Of a stretch of DNA of 64,000 nucleotides, positions 1 through 9,643 are shown one piece after another. The position numbers and the translations under genes were made by a program. The stretch is from an uncultured virus (IMG/VR IMGVR_UViG_3300031251_000012) (lineage: Duplodnaviria; Heunggongvirae; Uroviricota; Caudoviricetes): IMG/VR virus record IMGVR_UViG_3300031251_000012. One strand, 5' to 3'. The notes beneath the pieces were generated by a model that saw only the letters and a list, made by a program, of their open reading frames with translations, was not told the DNA's origin and made no database searches. The number at the start of each line of letters is the position of its first letter. The first letter of the stretch is position 1.

Positions 1-88
1 ATACATAATACATATGTGATGGTTTCGTGATTTCAAAATCTGAATCAACTAATGTGTCATTCAATCTGCCCGTAAAACACTTAAACAT
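1..88 (-). CDS. Partial small protein of the 'DxDF...EKYLLL' paralogue family (runs off window)
   Basis: ATG at 88 gives MFKCFTGRLNDTLVDSDFEITK..., with the same DSDFE motif as ORF 98..418. Confidence 0.6.
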   Translation of the reverse strand, partial: MFKCFTGRLNDTLVDSDFEITKPSHMYYV

Positions 89-97
89 TTTAACCCT

Positions 98-418
98 CTA
101 CATCAATAATAGATATTTTTCAACATCATCTGCATATTTATTATACTTTGGTACATTGATTTTACATTTTTCTAAATAGAAAGATGTATTATTAGAAGGG
201 TATATATTATATAACCAGTGTACTATATTAGCAGAAACATTTAATTGTTTTTCTTCATAAATACTTATGATTATCTGTATGCATTCATATACATAAGGAT
301 TGTCGGTTCCAGCAATCATTTTAGTTTCAACTAAAATTGTTTCAAAATCTGAATCAGATATAGTATAAATTGAGCTGGCTACTCTGCAAAATTCAAAATT
401 AATTCCAGTAATCATCAA
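98..418 (-). CDS. Small hypothetical protein, 'DxDF/NVxAN/EKYLLL' family
   Basis: DSDFE, YEEKQLNVSANI, C-terminal KYADDVEKYLLLM. Confidence 0.75.
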   Translation of the reverse strand: MMITGINFEFCRVASSIYTISDSDFETILVETKMIAGTDNPYVYECIQIIISIYEEKQLNVSANIVHWLYNIYPSNNTSFYLEKCKINVPKYNKYADDVEKYLLLM

Positions 419-1428
419 GACTTTCGTGCTTTAAATAACTGATAGTCCATTCCTTTAATTTTAAATATCTTACGCCCATTAATTGTAAAATCAAAACTAT
501 TAGGGATTGACCTTACAACCGCTCCCTCGCGCAAGTTATCTCCAATTGTAGATTTTCCTTCTGCAAGTGCGTATAAACTCTTATCTTCTTTCCATTCGCC
601 ATAATACAATTCTGGTGCAGTTTCCAATCCAATATTTGCGCATATATCTTTTACTTCTTCCCATTCAAGGAATTTAAATGTTTTTGTATTCCATATATCG
701 AACACACGGATTTTGTTTTCGCGAACAAGATTGTTTTGGGAATTGCGAACCATTTGTGTATCGTATGGGAAGTGTTTTACTCTGCCATAATTTTCTGCAA
801 AAAACGCAAACATAGGATATTTTGCTAATTTTTCTTTCAATCCCATTCGTAATACTGGCGCCCACCAATGCGAGTGTTCGCTTTCTTTTTTGAATAGATT
901 TCTTGAACGAACCCATAGTCGTTCCCCATCGTGAAGAACTGAAAAATTTTCGCCCTCCAGTTTTTCCATAATAATTACTTTTTCGCCTTCTTTAAAACAA
1001 TCCACATATTTACGAAGATTTTCTAAATCATAATGTGGGATCTGGAAGTGATGCGGATTCTTTTCGCAATCTTCTTCTGATCGTCCCGCCACTTCTTCTT
1101 CATACTCAAACTTTTTCAATCCGTAGTATTCAACAACGCTATCGTGCTCTTTGAACCCCTCTGGTGCTGGAACAAGGATCCCCTCCGAAAATATACCGCG
1201 CAAGCGTGCAGGCTTGATGCGTTTTTTATCACCAAGGAACGAAAACACCTCTATATCCGGGCAGATCGTGTCATAAGGTATGTATGAAACGAGATCGCCT
1301 TCTTTGTATTGGTTCTCTTTGAATATAACTGTATTGTCGCCTAACACCTGCGAGATCTCTAACGAATCTGCATTTGGATGGCGCCCAATTTTATTTAATT
1401 TGCAAACACACGGATGCCAGTTCGACAT
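415..1428 (-). CDS. RNA ligase, DRB0094/Rnl2-like family with N-terminal OB-like domain
   Basis: N-terminal HPNADSLE and RLRGIFSEG; nucleotidyltransferase motifs EKLEGEN, SRN, FAENYG, FDI, REGAVVR, KIK. Confidence 0.88.
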   Translation of the reverse strand: MSNWHPCVCKLNKIGRHPNADSLEISQVLGDNTVIFKENQYKEGDLVSYIPYDTICPDIEVFSFLGDKKRIKPARLRGIFSEGILVPAPEGFKEHDSVVEYYGLKKFEYEEEVAGRSEEDCEKNPHHFQIPHYDLENLRKYVDCFKEGEKVIIMEKLEGENFSVLHDGERLWVRSRNLFKKESEHSHWWAPVLRMGLKEKLAKYPMFAFFAENYGRVKHFPYDTQMVRNSQNNLVRENKIRVFDIWNTKTFKFLEWEEVKDICANIGLETAPELYYGEWKEDKSLYALAEGKSTIGDNLREGAVVRSIPNSFDFTINGRKIFKIKGMDYQLFKARKS

Positions 1429-1438
1429 ATGAAACTCC

Positions 1439-1753
1439 TTACTGTAATAATAACAATTTAAAAAATCTATCCAGTGTTTCTTTTGGGTTATCTTTATTCA
1501 TTTGAATTCTTACTGGCAATTCCCACCAAACCATAGGTAATTGTTTTTTATCAATTGGATGCGGTATTCCGTCTATCCATTTGTGCGGAACGCGTTGTGC
1601 ATCGCTTAAATTATAAATAAATGTAATTTTTTTTATGTGATACTGATATATTTTACCATCAATTGCTAATGAATATTCACTGTTATAGTAATAATGTGGC
1701 GTACCATAAAAATAATCCCCGCCACTCAGTAATTTTACTTCTTTATATTTCAT
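1439..1753 (-). CDS. Hypothetical protein, paralogue of 1754..2014
   Basis: Shared YxLxIDG and NPKETLDRFFKLLxL tail. Confidence 0.7.
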   Translation of the reverse strand: MKYKEVKLLSGGDYFYGTPHYYYNSEYSLAIDGKIYQYHIKKITFIYNLSDAQRVPHKWIDGIPHPIDKKQLPMVWWELPVRIQMNKDNPKETLDRFFKLLLLQ

Positions 1754-2014
1754 TTATGCTAACATTAACAATTTAAAAAATCTGTCCAATGTTTCTTTCG
1801 GATTATATTCATCCATCAAAAGAGCTGTTCGTAAATAATATGCATCTTGAAAAGACATAGGTATCCATTTTTTATATAATCGAGTTATTTTAGGAAAACA
1901 CTCATATAGATATTCAGTCCCATCAATACTTAATTCGTAATCAGGAGATCTAATATCTCCCGTAGAATATTTTCGTATTATTTTAACGGTGTTATATTCC
2001 AACTTGCTCTTCAA
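1754..2014 (-). CDS. Hypothetical protein, paralogue of 1439..1753
   Basis: Shared YELSIDG and NPKETLDRFFKLLMLA. Confidence 0.7.
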   Translation of the reverse strand: MKSKLEYNTVKIIRKYSTGDIRSPDYELSIDGTEYLYECFPKITRLYKKWIPMSFQDAYYLRTALLMDEYNPKETLDRFFKLLMLA

Positions 2015-2801
2015 CCCGTTTCATTTTTTCACCAAAAAACTTATTCACCACTTCCGTCGCTTGATCGCTGATGTCCAATCCAGGCGCATAATTATATTCT
2101 AAAAACCACCAGTCATCTTTTCCAACAATATAATCAATTCCACAAACATCCAATCCAAACACTTCTTTTACTTTTCTTGAATGATCTACAACCGCTTGTG
2201 GCATTTCGGGATACAATGACATCTCTGCTCCGCTACTATTCTTAATCCACGATCGGTCATTATGGAATTGTAAATTAAACCAATCATCACCAATCCATAA
2301 TACCCTACAAGATATACCATCAAAAAATGGCTCTATCGTTGCAACGCCATCCCACTTTGGTAATTCGCTTTCGTTCCTGACTAAAATCTTTCCTTGTCCT
2401 TGATGCTCATTGCCAGTTTTTACAACGAATGGATATGAAAGACTTATGTTAGTTCCATATTCACACTGAATAACATCATTTGTATTTAGTCCAGCACCAA
2501 TTACTACCTTCATACAAAAATGTCTATTGTCAATACTACGCAATATTTTAGGATCGGGATAGCAAGGAATATTATTATCAATTAGAAAATTGAAGTTTTG
2601 TCGTCTGATTGTATCATCGGATACGCTTGCGTGGTATATACAACCGAGTAATTTTTCATCGTAATTTTTACGACGGAATGATTTATCGTCATTCAATTCC
2701 AATGTACGAGCGGATTGACAGTGTTGCCAATGGTCGAATTTAAATACCAATGGTAATGTTATACGAAACTCACCTGATAGGAAAATGAATGGTCGGTTCA
2801 T
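1992..2801 (-). CDS. ATP-grasp fold ligase (RimK-like)
   Basis: YPFVVKTGNEHQGQGK, IEPF, GLDVCGIDY, FLEYNYAPG. Confidence 0.8.
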   Translation of the reverse strand: MNRPFIFLSGEFRITLPLVFKFDHWQHCQSARTLELNDDKSFRRKNYDEKLLGCIYHASVSDDTIRRQNFNFLIDNNIPCYPDPKILRSIDNRHFCMKVVIGAGLNTNDVIQCEYGTNISLSYPFVVKTGNEHQGQGKILVRNESELPKWDGVATIEPFFDGISCRVLWIGDDWFNLQFHNDRSWIKNSSGAEMSLYPEMPQAVVDHSRKVKEVFGLDVCGIDYIVGKDDWWFLEYNYAPGLDISDQATEVVNKFFGEKMKRVEEQVGI

Positions 2802-3103
2802 AGTAATAACATATATTTTTCTATTTGTTCGCTATAATCTGAAAATTTAAGATCATGTCTTTTTAGAAAATTATACACATGTGATATCGAAGTGAAGGTA
2901 TACCTATCACATGAAGCCTGCATCCATTTAAATACCACAAGTTCGGTAGGCAGAGATTTATAATAATTTATAATGGCATATAGTGTACCTATATTAATAG
3001 AATTATTTATTCGATTATAATCTAATGTTATGAATCCACACTCATCATCTTCAATGATTATTTTATCTATTGTACCATCTTTGAACGAATAACTTATTAA
3101 CAT
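2798..3103 (-). CDS. Small hypothetical protein with EKYMLLL tail
   Basis: Open frame coupled to neighbours; C-terminal motif. Confidence 0.7.
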   Translation of the reverse strand: MLISYSFKDGTIDKIIIEDDECGFITLDYNRINNSINIGTLYAIINYYKSLPTELVVFKWMQASCDRYTFTSISHVYNFLKRHDLKFSDYSEQIEKYMLLL

Positions 3104-3405
3104 AATAACATATACTTTTCTAATTGTTCACCGTACTTATGATATTCCTCATCATATTCTTTAATAAACCACATAGCATCTAATATAGCCATTCCACTAT
3201 ACTCACTGTATAGTTTAATAAACTTTAAAATATTTTTTCCTGCATTATCATTTTTACTTTCATAGAACTGAATCACCGATCTAATGGAACATACCAACGT
3301 ATACCCCATTGTTATACCTAATTCGACTTCTCCATAGGTATCATCAACGATCAAGATACTATAATGTCCATTTGGGAAAAATTTTGTTATCATTTTACTG
3401 GACAA
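3097..3405 (-). CDS. Small hypothetical protein with EKYMLLC tail
   Basis: Similar to 2798..3103; the real start may be the ATG at 3393. Confidence 0.7.
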   Translation of the reverse strand: MSSKMITKFFPNGHYSILIVDDTYGEVELGITMGYTLVCSIRSVIQFYESKNDNAGKNILKFIKLYSEYSGMAILDAMWFIKEYDEEYHKYGEQLEKYMLLC

Positions 3406-3475
3406 ACTGCAACATCATGACCATGGGGATTTCCTGTGCTACCAACACCGTCTTGTTTCCCATTTGAGCAAACAT

Positions 3476-3700
3476 TTAGTTATATAATTGTGATTCGCTT
3501 TTGATTTTATCTAATGTTCCGGGTATGTCATGAACATTATCAAACTTCTGAATTGTTGCATCTGCATCAGGATAGCCGATTTCTTGAAACTCTTTAATCA
3601 GTTTTTTACTTGTTTTCTTTGCTACTTCTAAATCCTTAGATACCGTGAATAAACTCCATTTATCTTTCTTGCGATTTTTGACATATATTCCAAGTATCAT
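3476..3700 (-). CDS. Hypothetical protein
   Basis: ATG at 3700 preceded by AAGGA; open frame. Confidence 0.6.
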   Translation of the reverse strand: MILGIYVKNRKKDKWSLFTVSKDLEVAKKTSKKLIKEFQEIGYPDADATIQKFDNVHDIPGTLDKIKSESQLYN

Positions 3701-3702
3701 TT

Positions 3703-4035
3703 TTATTCCTTTGTTATGACGAATGATTTTCCACAACTGCAAACCGATTGAATTTTTTCACTTTTTAATATAAATCCTTCTTGCATTAAACTCTTTTCAT
3801 AGTCGATTGTTGCCCCATCTAATAATGCAAGACTTTTAGCATCAACAACGATCTTTATATCATCGAAAATAAACTCCGTGTCATTGGCTCGTAGGTCGCC
3901 ATCTGAATAGCTTAAGGCTAAAATTCCGCCGAGGCAACCCCCGCTACCCTGAATACCTATGCGCAGGCGAACGTGCTGGCTGTTTTGTAATTTTGTTTTG
4001 GCGGCGGCGATTGCCTCTGGCGTCAGTGTGAGCAT
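3703..4035 (-). CDS. iscA: Iron-sulfur cluster assembly accessory protein (IscA/HesB family)
   Basis: LTLTPEA, LRIGIQGSGGC, VVDAKSLALLDGATIDY, CSCGKSF; AGGAG RBS. Confidence 0.9.
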   Translation of the reverse strand: MLTLTPEAIAAAKTKLQNSQHVRLRIGIQGSGGCLGGILALSYSDGDLRANDTEFIFDDIKIVVDAKSLALLDGATIDYEKSLMQEGFILKSEKIQSVCSCGKSFVITKE

Positions 4036-4228
4036 CGTATCTCCTATATCAATACGGCAAGACTTTCGTTTTCTAATACACGAAGAAGTTTAATTAATGC
4101 ACCCAAACATTCTTTGCAGACATCATTTGGCTTGATCCTAAGAACCTTTGATATATCATTATAAGATTCATAATACTTTAATGGTGTTTTACCGCACCAA
4201 GATACCCATACTCCATATTCAGCGCCTT

Positions 4229-5332
4229 TTAATATACATCGCATAATTGTCTCGCAACTAACTCAACGCATAAATTATCTAAAAACTTTATGTCTGGTGT
4301 CTTTGGTAAGACATTGCTTGTTTCATAAACAAGTTGTAAATCCTTATCTTCTCGCTCTGCAAACTCTACAATTTGTTCATAGCTCCAAGCGCCATTCCTG
4401 ATAGCAAGCAGTTCTTCTCTGTCTGGTCGTTTAACAATTACTTTACCCGTTGTTAGTATTTCTCTGCACATACGCATTAATCTTATTAAGTGGTAGGCGT
4501 GTTTCGCATCATATCCAAACTTTGCTTCATCGGCTGCTCGTTTTACATTCCTGTTTTTCTTCCAAGTCTGGAAGTTATCCCATTCTGTTTTTAGATTTTT
4601 ATATGCTCGTTCTTTTTTCATAAACTCAATAAAATTATCATTGAATCCTACTTTTCGCGAAGCAGCAAGCCACTGATCGTCTTTTGATATTTTTAGATCC
4701 GTCAAAATATCCGACATTGAATTGCGAATCATAATTTTCATTGGTTCTGACAATTCACCAAGAAAATCGAATTGATATTTTTCTAATTCTTTTTTTATTT
4801 CTGCTTCCGCAGCTATTAATTGATCTGCCGGAATTAATGTCTCTTCTGGCAAACCAAACTCTTTGCGTGTTGGAAAATGTGTTGGCGGATTTAATAGATA
4901 TCGTCTGTGCAACTGTATTCTATTTAATTGACTGCGACTATAACCTGCGAATGTGTAGCGAACTCTTTTCGACAAAAATCGATCTCTATTTGCTAACAAT
5001 ATCTCACCAATCGGCGAAACTAATACACGATCTTTATCATCCGTATATAATGTTTCTATTATCGAAGGATTAGCGTTGCTTGCAAGATTGAAAAACTTGC
5101 GAATATCATATATAACTGTATCTGGTTCTTTTAGTTCTGCTTGCTCAAACTTATGCTGGAATCCATAAAAATATTGTTTCGGTGGAATGGCAACACCTTT
5201 GTAATCTTCATCGCTTGTTGGAGTATCCGTTCCATATGCTTTGCTTCCATATAATGTTAAATATATAACCCCATCACGCATCCAAGATAGATGCGATGAT
5301 TGTTTTACGATTTTTTCAATTACATCATTCAT
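4229..5332 (-). CDS. Pol-beta superfamily nucleotidyltransferase (RlaP/Nuc-transf-like)
   Basis: YGSKAYGTDTPTSDEDYKG, NPSIIETL, YDAKHAYHLIRL, LLAIRNG. Confidence 0.85.
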   Translation of the reverse strand: MNDVIEKIVKQSSHLSWMRDGVIYLTLYGSKAYGTDTPTSDEDYKGVAIPPKQYFYGFQHKFEQAELKEPDTVIYDIRKFFNLASNANPSIIETLYTDDKDRVLVSPIGEILLANRDRFLSKRVRYTFAGYSRSQLNRIQLHRRYLLNPPTHFPTRKEFGLPEETLIPADQLIAAEAEIKKELEKYQFDFLGELSEPMKIMIRNSMSDILTDLKISKDDQWLAASRKVGFNDNFIEFMKKERAYKNLKTEWDNFQTWKKNRNVKRAADEAKFGYDAKHAYHLIRLMRMCREILTTGKVIVKRPDREELLAIRNGAWSYEQIVEFAEREDKDLQLVYETSNVLPKTPDIKFLDNLCVELVARQLCDVY

Positions 5333-5460
5333 TAAAAAATACAACCCCAATGCTTACCGCATTTTGCACATTTCCATTCCATTTCTTCATCTTCTTTTAT
5401 ATAATCGAGAATAAAAGAATGCAATCCAAGGAAGCATAGTATGCGTGTCATTGTAATATC

Positions 5461-5952
5461 CTATTTGTTATTATAAGTTCCGAATAAGCGATCCCACGCA
5501 AAACTAAAAATCCCAAAATTTCTTTGAGTGTTCTGATGATGAAGGAAGTGCAATCGTCTTAATCTTTTGAAGAAACTAAATCTTGCCCAAAATGTTTTTC
5601 GGATATGGAAGGCATCATGTAAATTGTCGTTAATAAACGAGATTATAGCCATCTCAATGAATACCATTATGCCAATTCCAAGTGGAATTATACCAAAAAT
5701 TGTTATCAGTAATGTTCCAATAACGAATGGCGAAAAACATATTGCAAAAAGCCAAACGGAATTATTACCTTTACCGGGATTGCGATATGTATCGGATAGC
5801 AAGTCTGTTATTGGATATTGTAAAAAATGATGATCGTAATGCCGACGATAGAATGTTCCACTCCATTTTTGATGGAATGACCAATGCACCCCGTATCCAA
5901 GCAATGTTAAAAATGCACCAGTGAAAATAAAAACCACTAAATACAACAACAT
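5461..5952 (-). CDS. Sterol desaturase / fatty-acid hydroxylase family membrane protein
   Basis: His boxes HWSFH, HYDHH, HDAFH, HFLHH plus NFGI..WDRLFGT; hydrophobic helices. Confidence 0.85.
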   Translation of the reverse strand: MLLYLVVFIFTGAFLTLLGYGVHWSFHQKWSGTFYRRHYDHHFLQYPITDLLSDTYRNPGKGNNSVWLFAICFSPFVIGTLLITIFGIIPLGIGIMVFIEMAIISFINDNLHDAFHIRKTFWARFSFFKRLRRLHFLHHQNTQRNFGIFSFAWDRLFGTYNNK

Positions 5953-5961
5953 ATATTATCC

Positions 5962-6645
5962 TTAACTCGAAGTTTTTGGCGGACTGGAACTTGGCGAGGA
6001 TGAACGATCGTCATACCATTTAATCCAAGTTTCTTTATCCAATCCGTAGTCTCTCAATAATACCTTACCATTTCGTAATCCGAATGAACTTGGCTTACTA
6101 ATATCTCCTATTAAAAGACTGCCTGAAACAACTAATGATCCTAAACATTTAAATAATGTAAGTTTTCTAATTTCATCGTATTTTTTAGGTTCTTTTTCCC
6201 ATTGATCGCTTTCGTTGTTATATGCAAAAAATAAACATGACATAAAATTATCAAAACCATATCCAATTATTTTTTTAAAATCGTCTTTTGTCATAGTATC
6301 TGTGAAGTGTGATATTATCCATTTACCTTTTGGATCGGCAACTACCACCGTTGCCACGCACGGCGCTTGTAAATCAAACTCTGATTCTACTTGGCATTGT
6401 GCCAAACCTTTATCCGAAGTGGCGATCTTAATTATTAAATCATCACTAATTTTAAATACCGTTCTCGCGCTTCCCTCACCAAGTTTCTCCCAATGTTCTT
6501 CCGCCAACTCTACCCTATCATCAAAATCTTTCAATTCACTCAACTGCTTTAAGATTGGATCGCTGTTCTCAACCAACGAAACTTTGAGTTCCGTTGCTCG
6601 TTTCATAAACAATTTACATTTCTCAAACAATTTGTTCATTATCAT
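5962..6645 (-). CDS. Protein kinase-like fold protein
   Basis: Gly loop LGEGSARTVF, IIKIA lysine, E helix, GD...SFG, DYG. Confidence 0.6.
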   Translation of the reverse strand: MIMNKLFEKCKLFMKRATELKVSLVENSDPILKQLSELKDFDDRVELAEEHWEKLGEGSARTVFKISDDLIIKIATSDKGLAQCQVESEFDLQAPCVATVVVADPKGKWIISHFTDTMTKDDFKKIIGYGFDNFMSCLFFAYNNESDQWEKEPKKYDEIRKLTLFKCLGSLVVSGSLLIGDISKPSSFGLRNGKVLLRDYGLDKETWIKWYDDRSSSPSSSPPKTSS

Positions 6646-6665
6646 ATAAATGTCAATATATTAGA

Positions 6666-7139
6666 TTACTTCCTATAATCCAACGGATTTATACGAATAA
6701 TCTCTTTACTAGATTTTATTGCATAGTCATAACAATTTTTGGTTCCGCTTGAATTACCACCATCATAACAAAACAACATCTTGTCGCTATGATCAACAAT
6801 CCAAACATTTCTTGTCTGGTATTTCCAATTTGCCCAGCCCGAACGATTAATGATTTCAATCTTTTCTGCTTTTGCTAAAAGATCATTGTAATGATTTTTA
6901 TCATACACCGACCAATATGCTTCTTGACCGGTAAATGGAAGGGCGCATATAAACGGTATGTTCATTTCAACACATAAATCTGCAACCAGTGTGTCCCACC
7001 CCACTGCCATCCCAGTAATCATACGACTGGGACTCAACTCTTGAATAATGCTCTTTGTCTTTTCATAAATAGCATTATACGCCAACTTCGGGAATGAAGC
7101 CTCTCCTAACGCTCTATGACCACTGGTTCCAAGTATCAT
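6666..7139 (-). CDS. SLOG superfamily (YspA/DUF1273-like) protein
   Basis: GTSGHR, ITGMAVGWD, LPF, RNxWIVDHSD, SGTKNC. Confidence 0.82.
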   Translation of the reverse strand: MILGTSGHRALGEASFPKLAYNAIYEKTKSIIQELSPSRMITGMAVGWDTLVADLCVEMNIPFICALPFTGQEAYWSVYDKNHYNDLLAKAEKIEIINRSGWANWKYQTRNVWIVDHSDKMLFCYDGGNSSGTKNCYDYAIKSSKEIIRINPLDYRK

Positions 7140-7330
7140 ACTATCCTCATTGATACATAATTATACGCAATACGATCTTTTATGTCTTTTGGAATCTGTA
7201 AGCCATATAGTTTTGTAAAACTAATAGCGTTTGTTTCATTTTGATCCGCTTCAACAAGTTCTACTTTTTCTATATTACCATCTATTGTATAGTATGTTTT
7301 GTATATAAGATATAGCATTACTTCCTTTTG

Positions 7331-7663
7331 TTATATTAGTAATTTATATGTATCAAGACTATTATGTATCTGTTTTATATCTATAATTTCTGGTAATTGT
7401 AATTGTTTTATGGTATTACCAAAAGAGCAAACATCTATGCCTTTATAGTCAAAATGAATGCATAGAAAAAACTGTTGATCATCATACCTATGTATAGGAT
7501 CCCAACCAATCCATATCGTATCAAGCGTACATGGATAACATTGAATAATTAATTTACACTCATAGCATCTGTATTGATATCCACAATATGGTATGCATTC
7601 TTTTCCACATAAACAATTCTGAAAATCTTTTAGATTGTATTCTTTATTAGGATCTATTACCAT
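7331..7663 (-). CDS. Small Cys-rich (Zn-ribbon) hypothetical protein
   Basis: CxC...CxxC; tail DTYKLLI. Confidence 0.6.
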   Translation of the reverse strand: MVIDPNKEYNLKDFQNCLCGKECIPYCGYQYRCYECKLIIQCYPCTLDTIWIGWDPIHRYDDQQFFLCIHFDYKGIDVCSFGNTIKQLQLPEIIDIKQIHNSLDTYKLLI

Positions 7664-8226
7664 TGTGTTTTATTCACATAATCATAAAATGCAATGCTAC
7701 TTGCAACCCCTGCATTAAAACTACGAACCGAACCGCTTATTGGTATCTCAACTAAATCATCACACAAATCTAATAATTCATCTGTGATACCGTCTTTTTC
7801 TTCACCAATCACAATCATACTATTTGATTGCCATTTATATTTTCTAATATCAACTGAACCACGACTTGTATTATTTTCCATACCAACGAATGTATATTTT
7901 TCTTTTAGTTTTTTTACATCCTCTATGTGCTTGATATGATTGACATTTTGGTAGTGATACGATCCACAGCATCCGCGACGGTCTATCTTGCGATCACCAA
8001 AATAATAAAAATCAAAAATACCAAACGCATTGGCTGAACGCATAATAGTTCCGATATTGAAGTCATGCTCAATGTTCTGAACTAATACCGCACATGGCAA
8101 CGCTTTTGTTTTTAGATCATTTTTTATATCTTCCGTTGATACGCTTTTATACTGATCTCTAACATTGCGTTGCCATAGGAAACGGTTCTCTGGTGTGTCC
8201 ATGTGGGCTGGCGGGGTCGTGCTCAT
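7657..8226 (-). CDS. TrmH/SpoU family RNA 2'-O-methyltransferase
   Basis: NIGTIMRSANAFG, IGEEKDGI, VEIPISGSVRSFNAGVA; start moved to ATG 8226, just downstream of the promoter. Confidence 0.9.
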   Translation of the reverse strand: MSTTPPAHMDTPENRFLWQRNVRDQYKSVSTEDIKNDLKTKALPCAVLVQNIEHDFNIGTIMRSANAFGIFDFYYFGDRKIDRRGCCGSYHYQNVNHIKHIEDVKKLKEKYTFVGMENNTSRGSVDIRKYKWQSNSMIVIGEEKDGITDELLDLCDDLVEIPISGSVRSFNAGVASSIAFYDYVNKTQW

Positions 8227-8232
8227 CGTAGA

Positions 8233-8261
8233 ATGGTAAGGCTCCGATGAGCGGAAGTCAA
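8233..8261 (-). promoter_or_regulatory. sigma70-type promoter, probably leaderless transcript
   Basis: TTGACT-17 bp-TACCAT; ATG 7 nt after the -10 box. Confidence 0.75.
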
Positions 8262-8747
8262 GCCAGATCACTCGGCGATATAATGATTTGGTTTAATATT
8301 TTCATCCACTAAGATTTTTAGATTGCCAATCGTATAATAATGTTTATACATCAATTTATCTCTTGCTGAGGAAAAAATAAAATCTTTATTGCCTGCGTGG
8401 TTAAGTTCTAATGTTGTAAAATCGTCTATGCTAATAGTAATTTTACTAGCGGTTTTTGATATAAATCTAATTTTTTCAAACAATACATCAAGATTATCGC
8501 ATAATAGTTCTCGAATGTACATATCATCTACTTGAACATCATCGAATGATTGTTGTGTCATCTTTAACCATTTCTTTTTTTGTTTTCTCAACTAAATATA
8601 TTTCAACTCGATCAATAGTTTCTTTATCCATCGCATACCAAACTGAATCACATTTTTCCAAAAACTCACCGTTTTCCGACAATGAACGATTTTCTTGCAT
8701 TTGATGAATTAGTTCAATATATTCGTTATATAACTCGTCTTGTGTTT

Positions 8748-9089
8748 TCATTTTATATCTTGTTTTAATTTTTCTGGCGAAGTTATCTTGCGTAATACTT
8801 GATGACATTCGCCGCATCGTTCGCGAGGGTCAATGCGTTGTTTTATCTCGCCTTTGACAACTCCGCCTGTTCGACCTCGACGAATTGAACCGGCGCCGCT
8901 CTGAGCCCAAGAATGTATAAGCATTGGTACGATTCCATTGACCATACTCACCTGCACGCCAGTCGTATGAACAATTTTATCGACTAAATCTTTAACAGTC
9001 GTTCTTTGCCCGTCTTCAAGATTATCAAGTAGATTATTTAATGCTGTCTTCACAACTTCCATTATATCTGTATTCGTATTATTGCTCAT
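8748..9089 (-). CDS. Hypothetical protein, possibly winged-helix-like with C-terminal CxxC
   Basis: Open frame; RRGRTGG; CGEC. Confidence 0.55.
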   Translation of the reverse strand: MSNNTNTDIMEVVKTALNNLLDNLEDGQRTTVKDLVDKIVHTTGVQVSMVNGIVPMLIHSWAQSGAGSIRRGRTGGVVKGEIKQRIDPRERCGECHQVLRKITSPEKLKQDIK

Positions 9090-9155
9090 GGTATGAATAT
9101 ATCTCTTTCTTTGGATGCACGGCATTTTGTCGCGCAATCTCGTATAGTATCGTCT

Positions 9156-9184
9156 AATGTATGCACTCCCCGCATGTGCGTCAA
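9156..9184 (-). promoter_or_regulatory. sigma70-type promoter
   Basis: TTGACG-17 bp-TACATT. Confidence 0.7.
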
Positions 9185-9256
9185 GGTGTGGCTGGCGGAA
9201 AAATCCGCCGTAGATGTAATTGCTTATTTCTCCTTTCTATAATTACGCATATCTAT

Positions 9257-9643
9257 ATGATTAAAACAATAAAACATGGTATTAATTTAATACGTCATCA
9301 TTTACGCGATGTTGGTTTGTCTGCAAAACGATCTGGTCAATGGCCAACCGTTGAAAAACATTTTCTGGAAGCACATCCTACTTGTGCGGCTTGTGGCGGA
9401 ACTGAAAGATTGAACGTGCATCACGTACATCCGTTTCATTTGTTTCCTGAGTTGGAATTAGATCCTAATAACTTAATTACACTTTGTATGGGTGAAAAAG
9501 AATGCCACCTTAAAATTGGACACGGTGGATCGTTTAAACAATGGGTAGAAGAAGTTAGAAAATACGCAGCCGAAGTATTAACCGACCCATCAAAATATGA
9601 TGATATTGTAAAACTTGCATTCGCCAATAGAAAAATAAATTAA
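9257..9643 (+). CDS. HNH endonuclease
   Basis: CAACG, VHHVHP, NLITLC, CHLKIGH; likely start ATG 9257. Confidence 0.85.
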   Translation: MIKTIKHGINLIRHHLRDVGLSAKRSGQWPTVEKHFLEAHPTCAACGGTERLNVHHVHPFHLFPELELDPNNLITLCMGEKECHLKIGHGGSFKQWVEEVRKYAAEVLTDPSKYDDIVKLAFANRKIN

